Position numbers and translations under genes: made by a program | The notes under the pieces: model-generated | Told to the model about the DNA's origin: nothing | Databases searched by the model: none | Seen by the model: only the letters and a program-made list of their open reading frames with translations | Virus record (IMG/VR): IMGVR_UViG_3300034782_000041 | Coordinates: 74,407-138,406 of that record | Direction: 5' to 3' (one strand) | From: a virus | Length of the DNA stretch: 64,000 nucleotides | Shown: in pieces, positions 27,188-35,959 of the stretch | How positions within the stretch are numbered: the stretch's first letter is position 1 | Layout of the letters: every line of letters starts with the position of its first letter

Positions 27188-27778
27188 TTAGAAGAATAGC
27201 CCGAATTCTAGCGACACGTCCAGGCCCGAGACGGACGAGGACAGGTCCATGTCGGCGTACTCGCCGGACAGTGACATGAAGTTGTACGTGACGCCACCAC
27301 CCACGAGGCCGTGTTTGCCGACTGGAACACGCAGCAGCAGGCCACCACCGACGTCGAATCCAGACATGGTCATGGACTCGCTCTCGTCCACGCCGAGGTT
27401 CTCAACACCAACTGCGAGAATCGGGCCGTAGTAGACTTTGCCGCCGTTGATCAGGTACGCACCGGCAACACGCACACCGAGAGTCGTCTCTGTTGAGGTA
27501 TCGCCGTCGGAGTCTGTGATGTCATGCGATATGAAAGGCGCGACGCCGACATACACGCCGGGTGCCACGAAGTACGCAACCATCGGCGCGACCTCGATCG
27601 AGGTCTTTGTGATCTCTGCCTCCTGACCTGTGGCGTCGAACTCCATCGTGGTCGTCATATGCGACGTGCTGATCGAGCCGCCGACCTCGATGACCCCCTT
27701 CGCGCCGTAATCCGCGGACGCGATTCCTTCCAGACCTGTGATTCCGAGTACGATTGTGATTGCGATTGCGTGTCTCAT
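27188..27778 (-). CDS. outer-membrane beta-barrel protein (signal peptide; alternating Gly/aromatic strands; C-terminal Phe)
   Basis: MRHAIAITIVLGITGLEGIASA signal; beta-strand-like alternation; ends …LEFGLFF (OMP C-terminal signature). Confidence 0.6.
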   Translation of the reverse strand: MRHAIAITIVLGITGLEGIASADYGAKGVIEVGGSISTSHMTTTMEFDATGQEAEITKTSIEVAPMVAYFVAPGVYVGVAPFISHDITDSDGDTSTETTLGVRVAGAYLINGGKVYYGPILAVGVENLGVDESESMTMSGFDVGGGLLLRVPVGKHGLVGGGVTYNFMSLSGEYADMDLSSSVSGLDVSLEFGLFF

Positions 27779-27813
27779 TTCTGCTCCTGTGTTGTAGGTT
27801 ACGGACTAACGGA

Positions 27814-28254
27814 CTAGCTTCCTTGGTAGATGGCGTAAAGCCATCCGTCATCGCGTTTCTCAGTGTAGATCGGGCGCCATCGGACATCGGTGTCCCACGA
27901 CCGGCACCCTAAGTGGCACGGTCCGGGATGATCTCCCGTGCAGCCGCCGCCATGCATTGTTAGGCGCAGCGACGGCAACGTCAGGCCTGCGGGAGCACGG
28001 ATCGCGACGACCGCATAGCTCTCCTCGTCATCGACCTCAGGCTGCCAATTGATGTCCGTGCCACGTGCTCCGCGGCATTCGTAGCTGCCGATGCCGAAAT
28101 CACTCCAACCAACTACGACGCGTGCAGACTCGTAGAGCGCGTCCGTGATGGCGTCAGCGAGCACTTCCTCGGGGAGGTCCGTGCTCCAGAGTGCCTCGAC
28201 GACGCCTATGGCGCGCGAGGAGATCGCTGAGCTGATACGTTGCGCGTTCGTCAT
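27814..28254 (-). CDS. hypothetical protein
   Basis: 146-aa ORF. Confidence 0.45.
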   Translation of the reverse strand: MTNAQRISSAISSRAIGVVEALWSTDLPEEVLADAITDALYESARVVVGWSDFGIGSYECRGARGTDINWQPEVDDEESYAVVAIRAPAGLTLPSLRLTMHGGGCTGDHPGPCHLGCRSWDTDVRWRPIYTEKRDDGWLYAIYQGS

Positions 28255-28261
28255 TGTTGCC

Positions 28262-29155
28262 TCACGGAGCTACAGTAGCAACGTACTGCCAGTCGTTGCG
28301 GCACCCAGGTGGCGTGCCGGGCGGCTGCCCTGCGGGAAAACAAATCGTCCAGCCGATCACACGGGACTCTCCTACGAGCTGTGTGTCCGAGACTTGTTCG
28401 GCTGTGTGTGCAGCAAATCGGATCGTGGATGGAAGCCACGGACACGCGCCATTGGAAAACGGCCGAAGGTACGCTTCCTCGACGTCCCACTCGAACTCCC
28501 ATCCAACAAATAGCTCCGCGTCGAAGTACTTGCTGCTGCTACTACCTGGCTTCGAGAAGACCATATCGATATTCTCGTAACCGTGGTCGATAACGGTCAG
28601 CTCCGTATAGTCACGGAAGTCGAAAATTCCGTTCGCCGGAATCGGGTCTCCCGCGCAGTTGCCAGTGTAAGTCCAGACCACGTCGAAGTGCTCGGGGAGT
28701 GGATTCCAGGGCTCTGGCGGCGGTACGTACGCGTCTGGCAGCGGTACGTACGCGTCTGACGGCGGTACTGCATCTGGAAGCGCAATAGCGTCCGCCGGAG
28801 GAACATACGCATCTGGTGAAGCATATGCATCCGGTGAAGCATACGCATCCGGTGAAGCATACGCATCCGGTAGTGGAGCAGCATCCGGTGGCAGTACTGC
28901 ATCCGGCGGCACGTCGGCATCCGGCGACAACACAGCATCCACTGCTGCGTCTACGATGAATAGTGCGTCTGACAATACGATAGTCGCGTCAACATCCGCG
29001 GTCGCGTCAACATCCGCGTCGTCTGTACTGTCCGCGTCGTCTGTGCCAGCGTCTACAAATGCCGCGTCCACATCCGTAGCAAGTGTGTCCGTACTGCACG
29101 CACAGACAGTGCAAATCGTACTACAGATAGCAAACCGCATATCAAACCTCCGCAT
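28262..29155 (-). CDS. secreted/lipoprotein-like repeat protein with (PDAYAS)n repeats
   Basis: N-terminal hydrophobic signal with Cys cluster; 18-bp repeats at ~28790-28880; Asp/Ala-rich N-region. Confidence 0.5.
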   Translation of the reverse strand: MRRFDMRFAICSTICTVCACSTDTLATDVDAAFVDAGTDDADSTDDADVDATADVDATIVLSDALFIVDAAVDAVLSPDADVPPDAVLPPDAAPLPDAYASPDAYASPDAYASPDAYVPPADAIALPDAVPPSDAYVPLPDAYVPPPEPWNPLPEHFDVVWTYTGNCAGDPIPANGIFDFRDYTELTVIDHGYENIDMVFSKPGSSSSKYFDAELFVGWEFEWDVEEAYLRPFSNGACPWLPSTIRFAAHTAEQVSDTQLVGESRVIGWTICFPAGQPPGTPPGCRNDWQYVATVAP

Positions 29156-29167
29156 CGTTCCGCATCG

Positions 29168-29401
29168 TTAGTCTTTCGGCTTCACTGTAATGAGTACTGA
29201 TTCTTCAGCAAGAGGGCACCAGTCGGGTCGCTGGGAGAATGGCTTGTCCTCTTGGGTCACCTTCTTGTTCTCGTGCTCGAACTTCGGGTGGAGGCAGTAG
29301 AAGGGTTTCGGATGCGTGAACCGCTGCTCGGGAGTGTGGATACGCAGGTAGCTGCACAGACAGTCATCGCAGCAGGTGGTGTAGTCGATGACCGTTTTCA
29401 T
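29168..29401 (-). CDS. hypothetical Cys-rich small protein
   Basis: 77-aa ORF; GCCCCTCGGGGC upstream. Confidence 0.4.
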   Translation of the reverse strand: MKTVIDYTTCCDDCLCSYLRIHTPEQRFTHPKPFYCLHPKFEHENKKVTQEDKPFSQRPDWCPLAEESVLITVKPKD

Positions 29402-29412
29402 AGCTTTCCCAG

Positions 29413-29424
29413 TGCCCCTCGGGG
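29413..29424 (-). promoter_or_regulatory. GCCCCTCGGGGC start-associated palindromic motif
   Basis: Upstream of the ATG of 29168-29401. Confidence 0.5.
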
Positions 29425-29490
29425 CCTTTCGTGTTCGACGCGGTGTGCTGCTGTGTTATTCACCAGCGTAACCCGTTGAATACTTACCGC

Positions 29491-29679
29491 TTAATGGGCT
29501 CGCCCGGAGTGCTCGAATCGCTCAGTCTCCTTGAGGCACGGCAGCTTCTCCAGCTCGGCGTTCCAGAGCCTCACAGCGTCATCGTCGGCGTGTGAGAAGG
29601 GCGGGTTCACAACACGCAGCACCGACCGTTGCACCTTCGCCAGCTCTACGCAGTTCTTGCAGACGCCGCAGCGTTTCAT
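29491..29679 (-). CDS. hypothetical Cys-containing small protein
   Basis: Start MKRCGVCKNC at 29679, ATGA overlap with the upstream stop. Confidence 0.35.
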   Translation of the reverse strand: MKRCGVCKNCVELAKVQRSVLRVVNPPFSHADDDAVRLWNAELEKLPCLKETERFEHSGRAH

Positions 29680-30758
29680 GATTCGTCTTCCTTCGTTGCT
29701 TTGTAGACGCGAGTCCACGCTTCATCGCCGTCAGGACCCCGTAGATAGGGCGCGACGTGGATCAGTTTTCGCAGTTTGCGGCCGGGACCGTGGGGCTGTT
29801 GCTTCCAGTGCCCGCTGACCAACTGTTGCTTTTTCAAGCGCCACCCACTACGGGTACGCGCAGTCAACGCTGCTTCTTTTGCAGCCTCTCGCAACGCGCG
29901 GTCGAGCTTCACAGAGCGTCCGACGATCCATACTGTGGGCCAACCAATCTTGGTTTTCTTCACCTTGCGCTTGTTCAGCTTGGAGGTTGGCGTTCGATGC
30001 TCAGTGCCTCCCGTACTAGTGAACCAGAGCGCGAAGCCACATACGAAGCTGAGGATCGCTTCCATGACTTGCTGCGATTTGCCACCGTTACGCACCTCGA
30101 CCAACTCTGGTGAGTAGCCGTCGCCGTAGGTCTTGAGCAGATCTTTGGCGATGCCGTCGGCCAGGTCTTCTACCCGTTTGTTGATGGCGCAACTAGCAAG
30201 TGTGTGGTCCCCAAAGAACGCCTCGATGTGAAGCCACCGCTCCTCGGGTACGTCATGATCAGGTCCGTAACCTTGTGCTCGCAGGTGGTCGTGCACGAGG
30301 ATGCGTACGGGGCGCTCACGATATGCTGGCAGATCGAGCACCGGTAGATAGCCTGCGGGCACTTCTAGTAGGAACGCCGGAAACGGCCACTCAATGGCGT
30401 CGTAGCCCACGGTCGCGTCCGTGAGCGCGAGCAGTGCAGCAAGGGACTCGCCGACCTGAAACGTCTGGCAGCCGTAGTCTGCCCAACGCTCGTGCGCGTG
30501 GTAGCGCACAGCTGCCTCGCTGACAGCCACGTCCCAACTGTCCATCTCGCTGCCTTTGACAGTGGCGAGCAGCGGGCCGTTCTGGAACCGTTTACCAGCA
30601 TCCAAGATGAGGCGAAGCTTCGCTTGATCCTTGGCGAGATCGTAGAGCCACTCGCGGTGGCTCGCTGACGGTCGCGGACCATGCCGCATGGCACACGCGA
30701 CGAACGAGAGCTTCTGCGCGAAACTTCGGCGGTGCCAATCTGGTGGTAGCTTAGCCAT
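29676..30758 (-). CDS. hypothetical protein
   Basis: ~360-aa product from MAKLPPDW (RBS AGAGGA upstream); the ORF-track 5' extension overlaps the upstream gene. Confidence 0.45.
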   Translation of the reverse strand: MAKLPPDWHRRSFAQKLSFVACAMRHGPRPSASHREWLYDLAKDQAKLRLILDAGKRFQNGPLLATVKGSEMDSWDVAVSEAAVRYHAHERWADYGCQTFQVGESLAALLALTDATVGYDAIEWPFPAFLLEVPAGYLPVLDLPAYRERPVRILVHDHLRAQGYGPDHDVPEERWLHIEAFFGDHTLASCAINKRVEDLADGIAKDLLKTYGDGYSPELVEVRNGGKSQQVMEAILSFVCGFALWFTSTGGTEHRTPTSKLNKRKVKKTKIGWPTVWIVGRSVKLDRALREAAKEAALTARTRSGWRLKKQQLVSGHWKQQPHGPGRKLRKLIHVAPYLRGPDGDEAWTRVYKATKEDES

Positions 30759-30936
30759 GTTTGCCGAAGCGTTCCTCTGCGTCGTCGCGAAGAAACCTGC
30801 CATCGTAGTGCACGACGATGGCCCGGCGGTCGGGGGAGATGGTGGACCTGTACCAATTGGCCAAACGCCGACTACGGAACACCGTGTGGGTAGCAAGGTG
30901 GTACGCGCCGTCGTTTATACAGATCACAAGAAACAT
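30751..30936 (-). CDS. hypothetical small protein
   Basis: 61-aa ORF. Confidence 0.35.
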   Translation of the reverse strand: MFLVICINDGAYHLATHTVFRSRRLANWYRSTISPDRRAIVVHYDGRFLRDDAEERFGKHG

Positions 30937-31157
30937 TAGCTGAGTCCTGCTTCAGTCATCATGCGATCGTAGAGTTCGTCCATCGCTTCCACCGGGACCG
31001 TCTCGCTTGCCTGGCTACGGCACACTTGGAAAGCCCTGGCGGCGATGAGGGCTTCCTGTACCGGCCGGCCGAGGTAGCTCCAACCGTTACCCACCTGCTT
31101 GCGCACGTCTCCCACGAACATCTTGACCTGCTGCTTGTCCCAGTAGTTCTCGCTCAT
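30936..31157 (-). CDS. hypothetical small protein
   Basis: 73-aa ORF. Confidence 0.4.
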   Translation of the reverse strand: MSENYWDKQQVKMFVGDVRKQVGNGWSYLGRPVQEALIAARAFQVCRSQASETVPVEAMDELYDRMMTEAGLS

Positions 31158-31336
31158 CGATTAGGCTCCCTAGCGTTGCGCCCACCTAGTGAGCTGTCGA
31201 AGCCGGTTGCGTACTGCGAGCAGTCGCGCAAGAGTCTCCAGGTCATCGTCCGCGGCCACAGAAAGCAGCGCGATTAGCGCGTTCGCTTCGTGAATATCGA
31301 GGTCCAATGCTACGGATTTCATCGTTGATCCTTTTT

Positions 31337-31348
31337 GCCCCTCGGGGC
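31337..31348 (-). promoter_or_regulatory. GCCCCTCGGGGC motif inside repeated ~55-bp upstream block (copy 1)
   Basis: Block catcgttgatcctttt-g-cccctcggggccgttcgatcacttcggtggacagtt. Confidence 0.5.
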
Positions 31349-31377
31349 CGTTCGATCACTTCGGTGGACAGTTTGTA

Positions 31378-31599
31378 CTACTCCTCGTGGCAGAAGTCGT
31401 AGAGGACAGCCGAGCTATCTGATTTGGTGAGCGGCTCAACGTCGAGGTCTTCACGCTCCAGCTTGCAGTTCGGGTCGTTTGGATCGGGCGCGCTGCGTGC
31501 CAGCGCAACCGCTTCAGCGGGCGACGCTGCGTACACGATAGCAACGCCTGGTAGGTGCGGCGTGCGGTAGGTGACGACGTACAGGATGTTATGTTTCAT
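31378..31599 (-). CDS. hypothetical small protein
   Basis: 73-aa ORF preceded by a conserved ~55-bp upstream block containing GCCCCTCGGGGC. Confidence 0.4.
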   Translation of the reverse strand: MKHNILYVVTYRTPHLPGVAIVYAASPAEAVALARSAPDPNDPNCKLEREDLDVEPLTKSDSSAVLYDFCHEE

Positions 31600-31613
31600 C
31601 GTTGATCCTTTTC

Positions 31614-31625
31614 ACCCCTCGGGGC
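31614..31625 (-). promoter_or_regulatory. ACCCCTCGGGGC motif inside repeated ~55-bp upstream block (copy 2)
   Basis: Near-identical copy of the 31318-31375 block. Confidence 0.5.
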
Positions 31626-31632
31626 CGTTCGA

Positions 31633-31872
31633 TCACTTCGGTGGACAGTTATCTGCTACTTCGCGGTCACGCTTCTCTTTGTACGCGTCGATCAGCGTCT
31701 GGGATTTGGTCAGGTAGTCTACTTGTGTGAGCGTCCACTCACGGATCGCGAGTGTCACAACGAGACGCACCTGTAGCTCGTCACTCACGGACACGTTCTT
31801 GAGCACGTCATGCAGGAGGGTATCGAGTGCTTTGTGCACACGTACTTTGAGCTTGGTTGTGGCGTCGTTCAT
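31633..31872 (-). CDS. hypothetical small protein
   Basis: 79-aa ORF preceded by the second copy of the ~55-bp upstream block. Confidence 0.4.
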   Translation of the reverse strand: MNDATTKLKVRVHKALDTLLHDVLKNVSVSDELQVRLVVTLAIREWTLTQVDYLTKSQTLIDAYKEKRDREVADNCPPK

Positions 31873-32033
31873 AGCAGTTGGGCTCGCAGAAACTCGATCA
31901 GGTACTCCGCGTAGCGCTTGTCAAACGTGTGGCCCTCGAACACCAGGGTATCGCCCTTGGTGGCCTCCACGAGCTTGGCGAAGCGCTCCAGCTTTGTGTG
32001 GGTCCAGTTGATGGTGGGGATTTGCTGTTTCAT
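31869..32033 (-). CDS. hypothetical 54-aa protein (below the ORF-track length cutoff)
   Basis: MKQQIPTINWTHTKLERFAKLVEATKGDTLVFEGHTFDKRYAEYLIEFLRAQLL; ATGA overlap at both ends fills the gap between neighbouring genes. Confidence 0.3.
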   Translation of the reverse strand: MKQQIPTINWTHTKLERFAKLVEATKGDTLVFEGHTFDKRYAEYLIEFLRAQLL

Positions 32034-33196
32034 CGCGCATCCTTTAGTTTGCCGAGCGTGACGAAGAGCTGTACGACGGCTGAGGCTTCTCGATCAGCTG
32101 CACGCTTGTGGGTCTTCAACCGCTCATAGAGACAATCCGCTGCGCGGCAACCGTATGCGTCAACAGTGTCACGTATCAGGGCGGCCAGTTGATCGAGGAT
32201 GATGAATGGGCCCTCGACGCGCGTGTAGTAGCCACGGCCGGCACGGCCCCGCTTCCCGTTGTCGTAGGCCTCGCGCAGCTCGGGGAAGCGCTGACGCCAT
32301 TCACGGGCTGTGTCGTCGAGTCCGAGGGGAGCTTCGATGGGCGACGGGATCGTGAAGGTCACGCGGCCCGGCGTGGTCTCCTTGGCACGCGACTTCGACG
32401 GCGCGGCCTTGATGCGTGTCTCGGTCAGACCGAAGTCAGCAAACACGCCGTCGGCGACAGCCCGGTTGTAGCGTCGGCTCAGCTCGGCGTCGATGTGTGG
32501 TGCTGTTGCTCGGCTACCGCCGCTTTCGCGCTGGTTGCGCTCGCGGGCCGCAGCGCGGATGCCTCCCATGTACTGCTCGCCGAGCAGCTCAGCGCTGGCC
32601 TCGAACAGGACGCCGTAGAAGCGCGACCCGTGCGGCTTGCGCTTGCTGCTTTCCAGGTCGTAGTTGAAATAGGTCTTGCGCTCGTAGCGCTCGAAGTGAG
32701 CGATGTGTGCCAGCTCGTGGACCAGCGTCTCGATGGCGCCACCGACGTCGCTGCCGGCAGTCATCGTGATGCGGCCGCTGAGGTAGTGCGCATGTCCTGG
32801 ACTGAAGGAGCGCGTCTTCGAGTGGCGCAGCTCTAGCTTCGCGTGCTTGACCTCTTTGCGCCAGCACTTGAGCCGCTTCGCGTGCTCGAAGATCAAGTGG
32901 AGCGCGTTTGGCCACTCGCGCATCCTCGCGGCCTCGCGCTCCTGCTGCTTCTGCGCCTTGGTCTTCCGAGCTGCGGTCTTCGCAGCGCGCTTGCGTTCCA
33001 GAGCCGGCGCCACGCGCTCGACCAGGCGACCGCTCGCCTCAGAGCAGGGAAGGCAGTAGCGCACGATGGAATCCTTGGGTGGACGAGTCGAGCCGAGCAC
33101 ACCCGGGTGCTCGCCGTTCGGGCACTCCCACCGCACTCGTTTTGTCTTTGGCTTCATGCGAGATCCTCCGCACGGTTCCAGCGGCTCTTCAGCCAC
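32030..33196 (-). CDS. SprT-like zinc metalloprotease-domain protein
   Basis: …GAIETLVHELAHIAHFERY HExxH in SprT-like context; N-terminal CxxC zinc-ribbon-like CLPC; basic linker. Confidence 0.55.
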   Translation of the reverse strand: MAEEPLEPCGGSRMKPKTKRVRWECPNGEHPGVLGSTRPPKDSIVRYCLPCSEASGRLVERVAPALERKRAAKTAARKTKAQKQQEREAARMREWPNALHLIFEHAKRLKCWRKEVKHAKLELRHSKTRSFSPGHAHYLSGRITMTAGSDVGGAIETLVHELAHIAHFERYERKTYFNYDLESSKRKPHGSRFYGVLFEASAELLGEQYMGGIRAAARERNQRESGGSRATAPHIDAELSRRYNRAVADGVFADFGLTETRIKAAPSKSRAKETTPGRVTFTIPSPIEAPLGLDDTAREWRQRFPELREAYDNGKRGRAGRGYYTRVEGPFIILDQLAALIRDTVDAYGCRAADCLYERLKTHKRAADREASAVVQLFVTLGKLKDAR

Positions 33197-33405
33197 TGCT
33201 GACCGAGCGGCGTGAGGGTAGCCACGTACCCGTTGCCTTTACGGCGTACGTGCACCAGGCCACGGTCTCGGAGGCTCTCAGCCGTCCGGTGCCAGGCGCT
33301 ACAGCGCCGCCCAGCGTCCCGCTGTCCGTCCGCCGGAGGTACGCTTGTCGAGCACGCCTCCAGCACTAACAGGAATCTCTCTTGCGGCTTGCTGAGCTTC
33401 ATCAT
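33154..33405 (-). CDS. hypothetical small protein, possible regulator
   Basis: 83-aa ORF divergent from the RHH gene. Confidence 0.4.
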   Translation of the reverse strand: MMKLSKPQERFLLVLEACSTSVPPADGQRDAGRRCSAWHRTAESLRDRGLVHVRRKGNGYVATLTPLGQQWLKSRWNRAEDLA

Positions 33406-33546
33406 CCTATCCCATTCGACCCCTCGGGGTCCGTAGTGGCGCTCTTAGCGCCTCCACAACTTGGACGCTGGCACCCTCCGAATCTTCAAGAAAATCGCAT
33501 CCGCGATCAATTTTACATAACCCTTGAACATTGCTAGCATATTTTC

Positions 33547-33804
33547 ATGGCGTCACACCACATCAACGTGCTTCTTGACGACGAGCTACACACGTACCTG
33601 GTACAGCATGCGCAGACCCGCGGCATATCCCTGTCTGCTGCGCTCCGCGATCTACTACGCCACGGTCTCGGCATCGTCGCGTCAGGCGAGGACGCAGGAT
33701 GGCGAGAGGGCTACACCGCGGCGTGGGCAGCGGTTCGCCGCGCTGCGCTGGACGCCGTTGAGCAAGTCTCACCCGTCTATCCTGACGATACATTTCACTC
33801 GTAA
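33547..33804 (+). CDS. ribbon-helix-helix (CopG/Arc-like) DNA-binding protein, apparently leaderless
   Basis: INVLLDDELHTYLVQHAQTRGISLSAALRDLL beta-strand plus two helices; ATG directly after a promoter-like TTGAAC…TAGCAT with no SD; paralogue at 62471. Confidence 0.6.
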   Translation: MASHHINVLLDDELHTYLVQHAQTRGISLSAALRDLLRHGLGIVASGEDAGWREGYTAAWAAVRRAALDAVEQVSPVYPDDTFHS

Positions 33805-34898
33805 TCAGCTCGACGCGGCGGCCAAGTTTTTGGCTGCGTGTCATTTGATGCGGCGGCGTTTGCTTCGCCATTCGATGGCTCGACAAGATCGCGAAGCACT
33901 TCGCCGGGTGCTTGTGCTGGCAGTTTGCTCGCTTTGTCGTAGCGCTCTGTTGTCGCCTTTGAGGCATGTAGCATCGCCGCCTGACGATCTTCGATTGAGA
34001 CGCCACGCTGACCTGTAATCGTCGCGAACGAACGCCGAATCGCATGAGGTGTTGCGCGTGTCAGGTCGAGCCCTGCGCGTTCCGCTGATCGCTTCACGGC
34101 GTTCCTGACTGTCGTGGGGCCAACGGCCACGTCGGCGCCTTCGCGTCGCGGGAATATTGGCCCTGCGTCGATACGATTGGCTTGGCACCATTCCGCCAGC
34201 TCGTGCGACAACCAAACTGGAAGTGGCACGATGGCATCCTTGCCACCTTTCGCGTGCACTTGCGCAGCGAAGCCACCAGGGGTGTCGAGGAGCGCATCAC
34301 GACGAAGGCGTGCGATCTCCGCTCGACGCCAACCCGTACCTGCTAGCGTGGCGCAGATAACCCAATCGCGACGTTCTACCCACGGCGCGGTTGACGGCGG
34401 CCGTATTAGGAGACGGCGCATTTCGTCTTCTGCGAGCCAGGGCGTCTTCGGCTCGTGATCCACTTTGATGTTTCGGACCTCGCGCGCGGGGTTTGCGTCT
34501 AGCACCCCAGGCACCTCCGAGAACGCAACTACCAGCGCGGCGTAGGTCGAACGGATCACGGCCAGTGCGCGTGAGCGCGTCGTCTTCGCCCTGCCAGCGT
34601 CCTGCATGCTCACGAGATAGCGCAGAACGTGCAGGGGCAGCGCGTGCAGTGGATGGACCCCTTCGGCGGAGAGCCAAGCCACCCAGCGGCGCCAGTCGTC
34701 ACGGTAGCCGCGTACGCTCTCTGGGGAGTCCAGGGTGCGCCGGAACGCCAGGAGTGCCTCCTCTAGGCGGTCTTGCAGATCGGGGCTCAGAGCAGCGTCT
34801 GAGGGCCTAATTTGCCAGGGTGGGCGCGGGATCAGGTCGGTTCCCTCGGACATGATCTGAGAGCTTGCCCGACAACCGGTATTATCGTCAACTGGCAA
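33795..34898 (-). CDS. int: tyrosine recombinase / phage integrase
   Basis: C-terminal catalytic motifs …RATPHAIRRSFAT… and …LHASKATTERYDK (R…HxxR…Y); N-terminal SAM-like core-binding region. Confidence 0.85.
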   Translation of the reverse strand: MPVDDNTGCRASSQIMSEGTDLIPRPPWQIRPSDAALSPDLQDRLEEALLAFRRTLDSPESVRGYRDDWRRWVAWLSAEGVHPLHALPLHVLRYLVSMQDAGRAKTTRSRALAVIRSTYAALVVAFSEVPGVLDANPAREVRNIKVDHEPKTPWLAEDEMRRLLIRPPSTAPWVERRDWVICATLAGTGWRRAEIARLRRDALLDTPGGFAAQVHAKGGKDAIVPLPVWLSHELAEWCQANRIDAGPIFPRREGADVAVGPTTVRNAVKRSAERAGLDLTRATPHAIRRSFATITGQRGVSIEDRQAAMLHASKATTERYDKASKLPAQAPGEVLRDLVEPSNGEANAAASNDTQPKTWPPRRADYE

Positions 34899-34950
34899 AT
34901 TTACCTATAATATCTTAATATTATCAAGTACTTAGCGCATATCTCGCTCT
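34885..34950. promoter_or_regulatory. AT-rich segment upstream of int with inverted repeat ATAATAT-CTTA-ATATTAT; candidate attP core and/or int promoter
   Basis: ~65 bp mostly A/T (by eye) in an otherwise GC-rich genome, immediately 5' of the integrase start. Confidence 0.35.
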
Positions 34951-35026
34951 GGGCGCCTCAAGGGCTCAGATCTGGCTGGATCTGACCCCGAGCCCAGCCA
35001 CCAGGCCTCAAATCCGGTGCTGACGC

Positions 35027-35959
35027 CTATGCTCCGGTAGATCGCCGTTTTCGCTGGTCATTTACCCACATCTCGACCAGATTTTGCGCGAACTCGCGCC
35101 GGCCTATCGAGATCGCGGCCGCGGCTGCGTCCCGGACGTCCTGCGAGACGCGTTCTCCGCGGCTCCACCGGTCGGTCAGGACAGTGGCCACCAGCTGCGC
35201 CCGGCGTGCGTCGGACACGCCAGAGGCTGTTGCAGCGGCCTCGACGGCGGTCGCATAGCGGCTTGCTTGATTCGTGTGACGCCTACCGTGGATCTTAACT
35301 TGCGTGAGGACATGTACTGCGGCTGCGCTGACAGCACAGGAGAATGCACTTTGCCTACCCGGCTCTGCGATTTTGGTCAAGGCATGGCGCCACTCTACTG
35401 CCTGCACGAACTGTCCGCGAGCGGCTACACGAATCCAACAATGGAGGTCGTAGCCAGGCTCCTGCGCGTCCTGTGGCCAAACTTCAGCAGCCAACAACGC
35501 CGTGTAGCGACGCAGATCTTTGTTGGTCTGCAACGCTGCATGAGTCGCTCCGCCATCCTCCTCACTACCGTCGTATAAATGCGTCGCGCTCCAGCAACCG
35601 TCATGCAAATGCAGCGCGTCCCAACGTATCAGCTCCTGGTCCTGCGGCTGATGGTGCACATGCGGAAAACACGTGTGGCAGAGCGGGTACTCAAGGCCGC
35701 AGCCGAACGGGCAACGCCAGACGATACGTGCGAGTGTGTCGTCATCGATGTCAGCGTCCATCGTCCGGTTACCACAGAACGGGCAACTCCGGCGGAATGT
35801 GTTGGACGCAGCCTTCGTTCGAGCACGCTTCTCATCACGCGTAGGATAGCGCCGTTTTCCGCGGCCCCACGTCTCAGGCGGTCCTTCAGGGCACGCCACT
35901 CGCCACCTCCCTCGCCACGTTCGCCACTTAGCCATCAACGTAGAAGTGTAGGTCCTCAC
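35027..35959 (-). CDS. hypothetical protein with zinc-ribbon-like Cys clusters
   Basis: CPFCGN…CPFGC…CHTC. Confidence 0.45.
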   Translation of the reverse strand: MRTYTSTLMAKWRTWRGRWRVACPEGPPETWGRGKRRYPTRDEKRARTKAASNTFRRSCPFCGNRTMDADIDDDTLARIVWRCPFGCGLEYPLCHTCFPHVHHQPQDQELIRWDALHLHDGCWSATHLYDGSEEDGGATHAALQTNKDLRRYTALLAAEVWPQDAQEPGYDLHCWIRVAARGQFVQAVEWRHALTKIAEPGRQSAFSCAVSAAAVHVLTQVKIHGRRHTNQASRYATAVEAAATASGVSDARRAQLVATVLTDRWSRGERVSQDVRDAAAAAISIGRREFAQNLVEMWVNDQRKRRSTGA

